DNA of 62,609 bases, filler included. It is 3 parts of 3 records of this genome, joined end to end, with 100 filler letters (N's around TTAATTAATTAA, not from the genome) between each part and the next. Parts side by side here need not be neighbours in the genome. Positions count along the whole stretch, not along the records: positions 1 to 22,124 come from SRR20825006_2543; 2 more parts are not named here. The stretch is one strand, 5' to 3'. The translations under genes and the position numbers were made by a program. Every line of letters starts with the position of its first letter. The first letter of the stretch is position 1. The notes under the pieces were generated by a model. That model searched no databases, was not told the DNA's origin, and worked only from the letters and a program-made list of their open reading frames with translations. Positions 9,442-19,772 of this stretch are shown here, one piece after another.

Positions 9442-10992
9442 GTGAATAGAGAATTAATCGTAAGATCTACGCCAGAAGCAGTCGATTTTGCCTTACTAAA
9501 GGATGGAAAACTAGTAGAATTACATAAAGAAGAGGACAACAACAACTTTTCCGTAGGGGATATCTTCCTAGCCAAGATAAGAAAACCTGTTACAGGCCTA
9601 AATGCAGCATTTGTCAATGTAGGTTATGAAAAAGATGCGTTCCTGCACTACCATGACCTGGGCCCGCAACTATCCTCCATGTTGAAATTCATTAAAAAAG
9701 CTAGAACAGGGAAGTTAAAAGATTATTCCCTTAGAAATTTTCCGTTTGAAAAAGACATTGACAAGAATGGCAGTATCAACGATGTGTTGAAGGCCAATCA
9801 GTCATTACTGGTACAAATAGTAAAAGAACCCATATCAACAAAGGGACCAAGAATCAGCTCCGAGCTTTCCATAGCAGGACGTTACTTGGTTATGGTACCT
9901 TTTTCCGATAGAGTTTCGGTATCCCAAAAAATAGCGAGCAAAGAGGAAAAAGACCGACTTATCAGGCTTGTAAAAAGTATCAAGCCGAAAGGATTTGGAG
10001 TAATCATACGTACCGTAGCAGAAGGCAAAAAAGTTGCTGAACTGGACAAAGATCTTCAGAACTTGTTTTCCAAATGGACAAACATGTGCAAAAAATTGCA
10101 CAAAGCGCCCCATCCATCCAAAGTTTTGGTGGAATTGAACAGGGCATCATCCATCCTTAGGGATGTTTTCAACGATTCCTTTACCGGAATACATATCGAT
10201 GAAGAAACACTCTACAACCAAATCAAGGATTATTTGCACGAGATTGCACCAGAAAAAGAATCCATTGTGAAGTTGTACACCGGTCCGGCCCCTATTTTTG
10301 AGAAATTTGGGATAGAGCGTCAAATTAAGACATCTTTTGGCCGAACAGCATCCATGAGCCGCGGGGCTTACCTTGTAATCGAGCATACCGAAGCTTTGCA
10401 CGTTATTGATGTAAACAGTGGTAATCGCTCCAACAAGGCAAAAAACCAAGAAGATACCGCACTTGAAGTCAACCTATTGGCCGCAACCGAAATTGCCAGG
10501 CAATTACGATTGCGCGATATGGGAGGGATTATTGTGGTAGATTTTATTGATATGACCAAAGGTGACCACAGACGCAAACTGTTTGACCACCTGCGCGACG
10601 AAATGAAGGACGACAGAGCCAAACATAAGATTTTGCCACCCAGTAAATTTGGTCTTGTCCAAATCACAAGACAAAGGGTCCGTCCGGAAATGAACATCAA
10701 AACTAGCGAGGAAGACCCGAATCTTTCGGGTGCCGAGGTAGAAGCGCCGATTGTCTTGATCGATAAGATTCAAGTAGATTTGGAGCGTATCCTTAAGCGA
10801 AACCAAAAAATAAACGGAATTGTCCTAAACATACATCCGTTTATTGCGGCTTACCTTACCAAAGGATTCCCTTCAATTCGTTCCAAGTGGTTTAAAACCC
10901 ATAAAAAATGGGTTAAAATACAACCTAGGGACGCATACAAATACCTTGAATATAGCTTTAAGGACAAAGACGGTAAGAAAATTCAAATATAG
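9442..10992 (+). CDS. Ribonuclease E/G family
   Basis: S1 domain LNAAFVNVG..KDAFLH, KEPISTKGPR, IDVNSG, RLRDMGGIIVVDFIDM; GTG start. Confidence 0.96.
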   Translation: MNRELIVRSTPEAVDFALLKDGKLVELHKEEDNNNFSVGDIFLAKIRKPVTGLNAAFVNVGYEKDAFLHYHDLGPQLSSMLKFIKKARTGKLKDYSLRNFPFEKDIDKNGSINDVLKANQSLLVQIVKEPISTKGPRISSELSIAGRYLVMVPFSDRVSVSQKIASKEEKDRLIRLVKSIKPKGFGVIIRTVAEGKKVAELDKDLQNLFSKWTNMCKKLHKAPHPSKVLVELNRASSILRDVFNDSFTGIHIDEETLYNQIKDYLHEIAPEKESIVKLYTGPAPIFEKFGIERQIKTSFGRTASMSRGAYLVIEHTEALHVIDVNSGNRSNKAKNQEDTALEVNLLAATEIARQLRLRDMGGIIVVDFIDMTKGDHRRKLFDHLRDEMKDDRAKHKILPPSKFGLVQITRQRVRPEMNIKTSEEDPNLSGAEVEAPIVLIDKIQVDLERILKRNQKINGIVLNIHPFIAAYLTKGFPSIRSKWFKTHKKWVKIQPRDAYKYLEYSFKDKDGKKIQI

Positions 10993-10996
10993 TTAG

Positions 10997-11027
10997 AAGC
11001 GACTCCAGAAATGGGGTCGCTTTTTTT
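10997..11027 (+). terminator. Intrinsic terminator after RNase E/G
   Basis: AAGCGACTCCA-GAAA-TGGGGTCGCTTTTTTT. Confidence 0.85.
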
Positions 11028-11047
11028 GTTTTATGTACTTTTGAAAT

Positions 11048-11521
11048 ATGAATCATACCAAAAGCTACACCTTGGACGAAGCTACCAAAAAGATGGAAAG
11101 CTACTGCGCTTACCAAGAGCGCTGCCATAAAGAGGTATTGGAAAAATTAAAAGGTATGAACATGATTCCAGAAGCCATTGACCATATATTGGGCCACCTG
11201 ATTCAAGAGAACTACCTCAACGAAGAGCGCTTTGCCAAGGCATTTGCGCGTGGCAAATTCAGTATTAAAAAATGGGGAACCAATAGGATTATTAGAGAAT
11301 TGAAGTTTCGCGATATCTCAGCTTACAACATCAAAAGTGCATTGGCAGAAATACAAAATGAAGATTACCTAACAACTTTTGACGAGCTTGCTAAAAAAAG
11401 ATTGGGCCAAATCACAGAAAAAAATCCGTTCAAAAGAAAGAAGAAATTAGCGGACTACCTTCTTTACCGAGGCTGGGAAAGTCATTTGGTCTACGAAAAA
11501 GTGGGCGAACTTATCAAATAA
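11048..11521 (+). CDS. recX: Regulatory protein RecX
   Basis: YCAYQERC..EV..KL, LNEERFA, KKWG..RI..EL, YLLYRGWE. Confidence 0.93.
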   Translation: MNHTKSYTLDEATKKMESYCAYQERCHKEVLEKLKGMNMIPEAIDHILGHLIQENYLNEERFAKAFARGKFSIKKWGTNRIIRELKFRDISAYNIKSALAEIQNEDYLTTFDELAKKRLGQITEKNPFKRKKKLADYLLYRGWESHLVYEKVGELIK

Positions 11522-11522
11522 A

Positions 11523-12392
11523 TCACTCTTGCAGCAATAGCTTCTGTGTGCGTTCCACAGCTTTTTCATTCTTCCAGTCAATCCATTCTTGACCTTTGAG
11601 CTTGCGCATCAAATTATCAAAATGCCGCATCACGAAGATATTATAGACGGCCTGTCCAAAATTCTTGGGCTTTCTGGGAATCGACCTCAGACTCATGGAA
11701 AATCCAGGTGTGATATATTTCATATGGTGCCAATACCCTTCGGGTATATAGAGCACATTACCGTGTTCCAGGTTCGTCACATGACCCTTGGCATGCTTCA
11801 ATGCTGGCCATTTTTCAATATCGGGGTCGGCAAAATCGATATCTTCACGCGTAATCAGGGAGTGCGGAATCTTGTACAAAAACTTTGTTTCGGATTGTGA
11901 ATAGAGGATGCACTGCTTTTTTCCTTCAAAATGAAAATGGAAAATATTGGCCAAATCAATATCGTAGTGCATAAAAGTGTAGGAATCCTCACCACCAAAA
12001 AAGAGCATCGGTAAACCTTTCATCAACCGAAGTCCAAAGTCTGGATACGAAAAGTCTTTTTGGAGTTCTGGTACTTCCTTTAAAATGTTCCAAAGAAAAA
12101 TACGGTATTTGGTAGGACCACTTTTTAGAAGTTCCACATAGTCGGCCATCTTCATTTTGGCATGTGGCTCGTTGAATCCTTCATCGTGTTTTACCGGGCG
12201 GTCATCGTACAGGGGCACTTCCTTGTCCCCGGCAATCTCTTTCATATAATCCAAGTTCCATTTGGAATACGCCGGCCAATCCTCAATAAAGCGTTCTATT
12301 ACAACAGGCTTTTGGGGCTTGAAATATTTTTGGATAAACTCTTTCTTCGAAAGGGTTTTCTCCCGAGGTATTTGTTCAAGGTTCAGCTTCAA
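11523..12392 (-). CDS. JmjC/cupin-like 2OG-Fe(II) oxygenase
   Basis: KPVVI...WPA..KW, T.MHYD, G.K, GNVLYIPEGYWH (HxD...H facial triad); TTG start. Confidence 0.9.
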   Translation of the reverse strand: MKLNLEQIPREKTLSKKEFIQKYFKPQKPVVIERFIEDWPAYSKWNLDYMKEIAGDKEVPLYDDRPVKHDEGFNEPHAKMKMADYVELLKSGPTKYRIFLWNILKEVPELQKDFSYPDFGLRLMKGLPMLFFGGEDSYTFMHYDIDLANIFHFHFEGKKQCILYSQSETKFLYKIPHSLITREDIDFADPDIEKWPALKHAKGHVTNLEHGNVLYIPEGYWHHMKYITPGFSMSLRSIPRKPKNFGQAVYNIFVMRHFDNLMRKLKGQEWIDWKNEKAVERTQKLLLQE

Positions 12393-12496
12393 AATTTCAA
12401 GGAATTTGAAATCGCTAAATTACTAAAAGGTTTTTAAATGTTTACGACATCTATTCCTTGGAAACCAGTTAAACCTTTCGCTTTGGCCTTTTGCGC

Positions 12497-14329
12497 CTAT
12501 TTAAAACTATATCGCAGACCGAAAAGCACATTACTTGGCGGCATTGGTATAAAGCCGGACTCTATGTAATCTGCATCGAAAATATTACTTGCAGTAATGG
12601 TAAACTCTGCCTGTTTTACTTTTATAGCCAATGATGCATCCCAAACATTATAGGTTTGTCCCGTGGTTCGTTCTGCATACTTATAAATTATATTCTGACG
12701 TACGTTTTTGAACAATTGTGTACTCAATCGTGTGGTGTATTGGTGCTTGAGTGTATTTAAAGAGTAACGTGACAATTCTTCATTCTGGTCTAAAATATTG
12801 TCATCCAAAAACGCATAGCCAACGCTTAATGTTTGGGTATAGTCCTTAAATTTAAAATTATAAGCAGCGTCCAACTCCAAGCCTTTGGTGTTTACCTCAG
12901 TAATATTTGTTGCCACAAACATATCCTCGGTAACATTGTTTCTGATAAAATCGATAAGGTTGTCCGCATCCCTATTAAAAACGGCAACGCTGGCATTCAC
13001 TTTTGGAGAAATGTACTTTAAGCCCAATTCCTGGGCAAAAGCTTCTTCTGGCTCCAAGTCTGTATTACCGCTAGTAACTGGATCATTGTAAAACAAATCC
13101 GTATACGTTGGTATGCGGTAGGTATAGCCAATATTACCATATACTTTAAATGTATTGGTAAGGTTATAACCAATATCCAATCCGGGAAAAGCACGGAACT
13201 TAAAATCTGAAAAATAGGTCAATGCAACGCCAGGAGTAATATCCAACTTGTTGTCCGCAATACTAAAACGATGTTCTAAAAACACATTGGACATGAAACG
13301 GCTTCGGTTACCCAAGTTGTTACTTCTAAGATATATTTCTGAAAGTTCTACCCCAAAACCCGTAATTCCTAATTTAGATGCATAAGAAGCATTGGTTTCT
13401 ACGCCTATCTTGTTGGAAATATGCATGTTCCTGTAGAAACCAGGCTCATTTCTTCTTAGTAGAAATAAATCTTGATTACGTTTCCAATAGATTCTTTGCT
13501 GTATTTTTAGCTTGTTTTTCTTGAAGGTGGTAGAAAACGCCAAAAGGCTGTTTTGGGTTTCTTCGTACTCGTTAAACGTAGGATTGGTAGTGTAAAAGTT
13601 CTCAGCCCCAAAATTGCGCTCCATGAAAGTAGCTGTCATTTCAATAGGCTGTGCATTTTTATTGAAAATGCTTTTTAAAAAGTAATTGCCATTATCGTAA
13701 TCTGAGTTATTTCTATAGCCCTCAGATGTCATCCTTCCGATATGTATGATATGAGACGAGTTTTCCTTATCCACACCAGCGGTAACGCTACCATTTAATT
13801 GTCCAAAAGATCCCGCTTCCACGTTTAAGGAAACGGAATTGTTCAGATTCTTTTTTGTAATGATATTGATGGCCCCAGCAAAGGCGTTTTGTCCAAAAAC
13901 CCGCGCTGCCGGACCTTTTATAATTTCTATTCTTTCTATCACCTCCAATGGCAAAGCTGCATTCATGGTATGATGACCCGTTTGCGCATCGTCCATTTTA
14001 ACTCCATCAATCAATACTAACGTTTGATCAAAACCACCACCCCTTATATACAAATCTGCTTGGCTACCACCTGTACCGCGTCTTCTAATATCTACCCCCG
14101 CAACTTGTTGCAATAAATCCGCAACATTGACCGCTGCACTATTTTTAATATCACTAGAGGTTATTAGGTTTATGGTTCTCGAATTTTCCTTAAATGGAAG
14201 GTTGATTCGGTTTGCGGTTACTACAACTTCGCTCAACGAATCCACTTTTACAGCGTCATCATCTTGTTGCGCTTTTGCCTGAAAAGCACCCACCAGTAAA
14301 ATCGTAGAAATTAAAATAGCCTTCTTCAT
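12497..14329 (-). CDS. TonB-dependent receptor
   Basis: Signal peptide, TonB box EVVVTANR, plug IRGG..LIDG..IERIEIIKGPAA..FG.NAFAGAINIIT, C-terminal aromatic beta strand. Confidence 0.95.
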   Translation of the reverse strand: MKKAILISTILLVGAFQAKAQQDDDAVKVDSLSEVVVTANRINLPFKENSRTINLITSSDIKNSAAVNVADLLQQVAGVDIRRRGTGGSQADLYIRGGGFDQTLVLIDGVKMDDAQTGHHTMNAALPLEVIERIEIIKGPAARVFGQNAFAGAINIITKKNLNNSVSLNVEAGSFGQLNGSVTAGVDKENSSHIIHIGRMTSEGYRNNSDYDNGNYFLKSIFNKNAQPIEMTATFMERNFGAENFYTTNPTFNEYEETQNSLLAFSTTFKKNKLKIQQRIYWKRNQDLFLLRRNEPGFYRNMHISNKIGVETNASYASKLGITGFGVELSEIYLRSNNLGNRSRFMSNVFLEHRFSIADNKLDITPGVALTYFSDFKFRAFPGLDIGYNLTNTFKVYGNIGYTYRIPTYTDLFYNDPVTSGNTDLEPEEAFAQELGLKYISPKVNASVAVFNRDADNLIDFIRNNVTEDMFVATNITEVNTKGLELDAAYNFKFKDYTQTLSVGYAFLDDNILDQNEELSRYSLNTLKHQYTTRLSTQLFKNVRQNIIYKYAERTTGQTYNVWDASLAIKVKQAEFTITASNIFDADYIESGFIPMPPSNVLFGLRYSFK

Positions 14330-14392
14330 TGTCTAAGCTGTAAGGTAAGTTTTTAAGTCGGTTAATTTTATGCTGTAAAAGTCCTAACTTTC

Positions 14393-14436
14393 CGGACGAT
14401 TAAACTAGTCCGCTTTTAAAACAATGAATAGTCCGG
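14393..14436. promoter_or_regulatory. Candidate MocR operator
   Basis: CGGAC-N10-GTCCG inverted repeat (14393-14412) plus direct repeat TAGTCCG at 14406 and 14429, between divergent genes. Confidence 0.5.
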
Positions 14437-15920
14437 TTTTTGATTTGTTGGTTCAGCTTACATCTATAGACAAGTCCATTGTTCAGCCTGCATATGTGCA
14501 GGTGGCACAACAAATCATGAACGCCATTCAACGTGGTTATCTGGAAAAAGGTAGTAAGTTGCCCGGAACACGGGCTTTAAGTAAGTTATTGAACGTTCAT
14601 CGCAATACAGCTGTGGCCATCTATGATGAATTGGCCTCGCAAGGTTGGGTAGACATCATACCCAACAAGGGAACTTTTGTGGTGGTTCCGGAAGATTCCA
14701 AATCAAAAATCAAAGCGACCACACAGCATATCAACCAGGTTTACGAGTATCCAAAAATTCCAGGATTCCCGTTCCAACAATCCTTTAATCTAGCATCTAC
14801 CAAAGAGGAGACCGCGGCCAAATATTCCATAAATGATGGTAAGCCCGATTTGCGTTTACATCCCGTCCACCAATTTTCTAGGTGGTATAGCGCTGCAATG
14901 AAACGAAAGCCATTAATCAACAAATGGAATACAACCAATGCCTTGATTCCTTCCGTTTTTAGCATACAACTTTGCAACTACTTAAATACTACTAGGGGCT
15001 TCCATATAAAACCAACCAATTTATTGAATACCCGCAGTACGGAAATGAGCCTGTATATTGTTTCGCAGGTATTGATAAATCCAGGTGATTTGGTACTGGT
15101 TGGACAACTAAGTAACTATATGACCAACATGATATTTCAACAAGCCGGGGCAAAAATAAAAACAGTTCCTGTAGATGGAGAGGGATTGGATATTGGTTAC
15201 GTAAAAAAGCATTTTTTACATCAGCATATTCGATGTATCTATGTTTGCTCCAACCGGGACTATCCTACAACCACAACATTAAGCACCAAAAGAAGGTTGC
15301 AGTTACTACAATTGGCCAAAACCCATGGTTTTGCCATAATCGAGGACGATTTTGACCATGATTTTCAGTTTGAAGGGTCTTCCATGATGCCCATGGCCAG
15401 TGCAGATGCCAATGGGAATATAATCTACTTAGGTAAACTGGGCCAGTCTTTATTTCCGAGTTTTCACACAGGGTTTGTCGTGGCACCAGAACAATTAATT
15501 ACCGAAGCCAAGAATTACCTGCAATTATTGGATACCCAAGGAGATTTAATTCAGGAGCAAATGCTTTCTGAACTGATATCCGAAGGCGAAATATACCGGC
15601 TCAAGAAAAAAAATATTGTTACCTACAAACAACGTAGGGATGCTTTAAGCGTTTTTTTAAAAGAATTTTTCGACAACATACTTGATTGGCAAATACCCTC
15701 CGGAGGACTTGCCATGTGGTTGCGATTTAAAAATCACATATCCCTGGTAAAACTGGCCGAAGAAGCTGAAAAACTGGATCTATTCCTGCCAAAAACAATT
15801 CTGTACCAAGATAAAAATATCTGCGCCATACGTTTTGGTTATGGGCATTTAACCGAAGAGGAACTTAAAATCGTAATGGAAAAGTTAAAACAAGCGTACC
15901 TACAATTGTTGGCTGTTTAA
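14424..15920 (+). CDS. MocR/GabR family regulator (GntR wHTH + aminotransferase-like domain)
   Basis: KLPGTRALS..LNVHRNT...YDEL..QGW...KGTFV; IIEDD motif; canonical PLP lysine position is Gln. Confidence 0.93.
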   Translation: MNSPVFDLLVQLTSIDKSIVQPAYVQVAQQIMNAIQRGYLEKGSKLPGTRALSKLLNVHRNTAVAIYDELASQGWVDIIPNKGTFVVVPEDSKSKIKATTQHINQVYEYPKIPGFPFQQSFNLASTKEETAAKYSINDGKPDLRLHPVHQFSRWYSAAMKRKPLINKWNTTNALIPSVFSIQLCNYLNTTRGFHIKPTNLLNTRSTEMSLYIVSQVLINPGDLVLVGQLSNYMTNMIFQQAGAKIKTVPVDGEGLDIGYVKKHFLHQHIRCIYVCSNRDYPTTTTLSTKRRLQLLQLAKTHGFAIIEDDFDHDFQFEGSSMMPMASADANGNIIYLGKLGQSLFPSFHTGFVVAPEQLITEAKNYLQLLDTQGDLIQEQMLSELISEGEIYRLKKKNIVTYKQRRDALSVFLKEFFDNILDWQIPSGGLAMWLRFKNHISLVKLAEEAEKLDLFLPKTILYQDKNICAIRFGYGHLTEEELKIVMEKLKQAYLQLLAV

Positions 15921-15981
15921 ACCTTCAAATTTATCTATATTGCAAATATGATAATTAACGACCAAAAAGCTGAATACCGCC

Positions 15982-17457
15982 GTGCTTAAAAAATTACGTT
16001 CTCTGAGGTATCAAGATTTGGACTGGAAAACGGTCCTCTTTGTTTTGGTGGTGGTCGCGGTCTTTATCCGTTTTCCGTTCTTTTTTAGGGATTATGTGGA
16101 TCGCGATGAGAGCACTTTTATCCTAATGGGACAATCTTGGGTGAACGGACATTTGCCCTACACCCAATTGTGGGATTTAAAACCTCCGATTACCTTTCTG
16201 TATTTTGCCCTCATCATCAAGATTTTTGGGAAAAGCTTTTTTGCCATTCGCTTTTTTGGAGCGGTAATGGTGGCATTGACAAGTTTGTTCACATTTGGCA
16301 TTGCCACAAAATTGACTTCGAAAAAAATTGCTTTTTGGATAGCCATCTTCTGTGTATTTTTCCAGAGCCTGTTTGGCAGTTTACAGGGGGTAATGTCCGA
16401 ACACATTTGTACCTTCTTTTTTGTGGCGGCACTTTATATTTTGTTTTGGAAAGATGATGCAAAATGGTTTTTAACTTCTGGACTTCTATTGGGGCTATCG
16501 GTTATGACCAAGTTGAACATGGCCTATCCTGTTTTGTGCTTGGGCCTTTATTTTTTATACGAGGGTTTTCACGAAAAACAAATTTCAAAAACCATTGTTA
16601 ATTTGGTTTTTATGGGCACAGGTTTTTTTGTGACCATTGCGTGTACGGCAATTCCTTATTACCTTCAAGGAGATATTCAAATTTGGTCGGAGTCCATATT
16701 TGAGGCGCCCTTGGTCTATTCCGAAGGGAGGTTCCACTCACCTTGGAGAACATTGCCTTATGTGGGTACCATTGCACTGCTATTGGGCGCGGGGTTCTAT
16801 TTAAAACTTATCGATTGGAAATCAAAAAACATGCAATTGTTGACCATTGTCGTCATAGGGATTTTAATTTCTTACGTGCAATCGGGCAAAGTGAATGGGC
16901 ACTACCTCATCCAACTCTATCCGTTTATATTGATTCCTTTGGGCATGGCAGTTGCCAAACTCCCGCCCATCCAAAAAAAGTATCGTGCTGTAATCGCTGT
17001 CCTTCTCATATTCGTTCCTATGGAATCCTATCTGGAATATGGCAATATAGTCTCCAACAAAATTAAAAAGGGTTCTTTTTACAATGGTGAAGGCATTGAT
17101 GTGCCCAGATACATTCAAGACCATAATCTGGAAACCGAGCATATCTTTTTTACCGAGTACCATATCGGTTATTGGGTCTTGGATGAAACCCCTCCTACCA
17201 AACCTGCTACGCATCCCAGCAACATAACACGCGAGGAGTTGTTTCCCTATATGAACAACCCGCGAAAATCTGGGGTAGAAGAACTCAAATATATCATGGA
17301 TGTGATTCGGCCAAAAACTTTGGTGGCCCGAAATGGCAAAAAAATCTTTGATAAAAAACTGGTGGAGTATAACAGTTATATCGATGCTTACTTAGAAAAA
17401 CATTACCATTTGGAGGCAACTGTGGGTAGAGGCCTCATTTACCAACGTTTAGAATGA
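15982..17457 (+). CDS. ArnT/GT39-like membrane glycosyltransferase
   Basis: RDE in first loop, PY..LWDLKPP, many TM helices. Confidence 0.85.
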   Translation: MLKKLRSLRYQDLDWKTVLFVLVVVAVFIRFPFFFRDYVDRDESTFILMGQSWVNGHLPYTQLWDLKPPITFLYFALIIKIFGKSFFAIRFFGAVMVALTSLFTFGIATKLTSKKIAFWIAIFCVFFQSLFGSLQGVMSEHICTFFFVAALYILFWKDDAKWFLTSGLLLGLSVMTKLNMAYPVLCLGLYFLYEGFHEKQISKTIVNLVFMGTGFFVTIACTAIPYYLQGDIQIWSESIFEAPLVYSEGRFHSPWRTLPYVGTIALLLGAGFYLKLIDWKSKNMQLLTIVVIGILISYVQSGKVNGHYLIQLYPFILIPLGMAVAKLPPIQKKYRAVIAVLLIFVPMESYLEYGNIVSNKIKKGSFYNGEGIDVPRYIQDHNLETEHIFFTEYHIGYWVLDETPPTKPATHPSNITREELFPYMNNPRKSGVEELKYIMDVIRPKTLVARNGKKIFDKKLVEYNSYIDAYLEKHYHLEATVGRGLIYQRLE

Positions 17458-17475
17458 CACCAGTCACAAATAATT

Positions 17476-17862
17476 TTATTGAACGGGTCTTGTGATAAAA
17501 TTGCATTGCATGCACCTATATTTGGTAGACTCAAAAAATGGGAAAAGTTTAAAGAAAATGTTCTTTCGCGAATAATAGATTTCCGACCGTGCGGCTTTGC
17601 AATTAGGACATACAATCGGGTTTCCTGAATCATCGGTGGCATAACTTCTGACTTCATCAAAAATCTGCTTGGCCCTTTCCATATCCGAGGAATAGACCTG
17701 AAGCCTAACACCTCCCATGGCATTGCTGACCATCGAATAGGAGTTAATGGTATTCTCATCCTTTAAGAATACTGGGATTCCTTCTGCTTCGAGTTTACCT
17801 TTAATGACCACGGCATCCGCAGGAAACTCAAATGTACCCAAAGTGTGAAACTCCTTTTTCAT
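17476..17862 (-). CDS. DUF2007 domain protein with C-terminal zinc ribbon
   Basis: KLEAEGIPVFLKDE..GGVRLQV; CPNC...CMQC; start placed at MKKEF. Confidence 0.82.
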   Translation of the reverse strand: MKKEFHTLGTFEFPADAVVIKGKLEAEGIPVFLKDENTINSYSMVSNAMGGVRLQVYSSDMERAKQIFDEVRSYATDDSGNPIVCPNCKAARSEIYYSRKNIFFKLFPFFESTKYRCMQCNFITRPVQ

Positions 17863-17975
17863 GTGGTTAAATAATTCATCAGCAATTGCAAAAATCGCCA
17901 TATTTCCTCATAACACAAATGTAGCACTTACGGTGATTAAACAGTATCTTAGTTGTTCTTAAACCTATTCCAAAA

Positions 17976-19772
17976 ATGAAATTTATCCTTTCCATTTTAG
18001 CACTATTCACTGGGCTATTAATGACCGCCCAGACCAATACCTATGAAATTTCTTTTGACAATGCCGTCCACCACGAAGCGGTCGTCCAAGCTACTTTTCC
18101 CGATTTAACCTCTGATATTGTGGAGTTTCGAATGAGCAGAACGTCTCCTGGACGCTACGCGCTTCACGAATTTGCCAAGAACGTGTATGGTTTTGAAGCT
18201 ACGGACAGTAAAGGAAACGTGTTGCCCGTTACCCGTCCCAACCCCTACGCTTGGAATGTGAGCGGACATGATGGCACCATCAATATCAAATATATTTTGT
18301 TTGCCAACCGAGGTGGCGGAACGTATTCTCAAGTGGATGAAACACATGCCCATTTGAACATTCCCGCAACTTTTATGTTTGCCCCTGAATTGAGCAAGCG
18401 TAAAATTGAAGTTACTTTTAATGTGCGTGGAGATTTGGATTGGAAAGTGGCCACGCAACTTCCAAAGGTTTCCGGTACTACCTATTCGGCGCCGAACCTT
18501 TATTATTTTATGGACAGCCCTACCGAAATCAGTAATTACATGCTTCGCTCTTTTGAAGTGGATGGAAAAACGATCAACCTTGCTTTGCACCACAACGGAA
18601 CCGAAGCAGAAGCCGATGAATATTTTGAAAAGGTGAAAAAGGTAGTGCTTGCTGAAAAAGAGGTGTACGACGAACTTCCCGATTTTGATTATGGAAATTA
18701 TACTTTCTTAGCCTGCTATATTCCCAATGCCTCCGGAGATGGCATGGAACATCGCAACTCTACCATATTGACGAGTACGCGTAGCTTGGCCGATGGAGGT
18801 ATGGAACGTAATATCGGGACGGTATCCCATGAATTTTTCCATGCGTGGAACGTGGAACGTATCCGCCCGAAAACTCTGGAACCCTTTGATTTTGAAGAAG
18901 CCAATATGAGCGGAGCCCTTTGGTTTGCCGAAGGTTTTACCAGTTACTATACTGGCTTGATTTTATGTAGAGCTGGACTTTCCACCCCGAAAGACTACGT
19001 AGAGGGATTGGCAGGAACCTTCAATTATGTGTGGAACTCACCCGCAAGACAATATTTTAATCCAATTGAAATGAGTTTCCAGGCACCATTTGTGGACGCG
19101 GCTACCTCGGTGGACCCCGTTAACCGAGAAAATATGTTTATCTCTTACTATTCCTACGGAAGTGTTTTGGGTTTGGCCTTAGATCTGTCGCTTCGTGAAG
19201 AGGGATTGAACCTTGATGATTTTATGAAGCTCGTCTGGAAAAAATATGGTAAAACGGAAATCCCCTATACTATCGAAAATCTTCATGATGCCTTAAATGA
19301 ATATGCTGGCAAATCTTATGGCGACAATTTTTTCAACAGTTACATCTACAAAAGCAATATGCCCGATTACAAAGCGCTAATGGATTCGGTAGGGGTTATC
19401 TTGGAACAACCCGAAGCAACCCCTTATTTTGGGGCCTATGTCTCCATGGCACCTGACAATTCTGGGTATATGATACGTAGAAATACCTCAATCGGCAGCC
19501 CGGCATACAAAGCTGGCCTGGACAATGGGGATATAGTTCTAGGTATAAACAATCAACCTATTACGGCAGGTCAATCTTTTGAAGATTATCTGGCTCAATT
19601 TAATTTAGGCGAACCTGTAGAGGTTAAATTTTCTAGATACGGAATTGAAAAGTCAACGGAAATGGTTCTGACACCTAGCCCAGATTACACGTTTAGTTTG
19701 ATGGAGGATAAGGAAGCAAAACCATCCAAAAAGATGCTAGAGCAACGAAAAGAATGGCTTAAGGTGGAATAA
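17976..19772 (+). CDS. M61 glycyl aminopeptidase with PDZ domain
   Basis: GMEH, SHEFFHAWNVERIRP, LWFAEGFTSYY, GSPAYKAGL..GD. Confidence 0.95.
   Translation: MKFILSILALFTGLLMTAQTNTYEISFDNAVHHEAVVQATFPDLTSDIVEFRMSRTSPGRYALHEFAKNVYGFEATDSKGNVLPVTRPNPYAWNVSGHDGTINIKYILFANRGGGTYSQVDETHAHLNIPATFMFAPELSKRKIEVTFNVRGDLDWKVATQLPKVSGTTYSAPNLYYFMDSPTEISNYMLRSFEVDGKTINLALHHNGTEAEADEYFEKVKKVVLAEKEVYDELPDFDYGNYTFLACYIPNASGDGMEHRNSTILTSTRSLADGGMERNIGTVSHEFFHAWNVERIRPKTLEPFDFEEANMSGALWFAEGFTSYYTGLILCRAGLSTPKDYVEGLAGTFNYVWNSPARQYFNPIEMSFQAPFVDAATSVDPVNRENMFISYYSYGSVLGLALDLSLREEGLNLDDFMKLVWKKYGKTEIPYTIENLHDALNEYAGKSYGDNFFNSYIYKSNMPDYKALMDSVGVILEQPEATPYFGAYVSMAPDNSGYMIRRNTSIGSPAYKAGLDNGDIVLGINNQPITAGQSFEDYLAQFNLGEPVEVKFSRYGIEKSTEMVLTPSPDYTFSLMEDKEAKPSKKMLEQRKEWLKVE

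Noticed and set aside
12497-15920. TBDR-MocR pair as a mobile island
   Set aside because: Looks somewhat more AT-rich by eye, but no integrase, transposase or flanking repeats are visible
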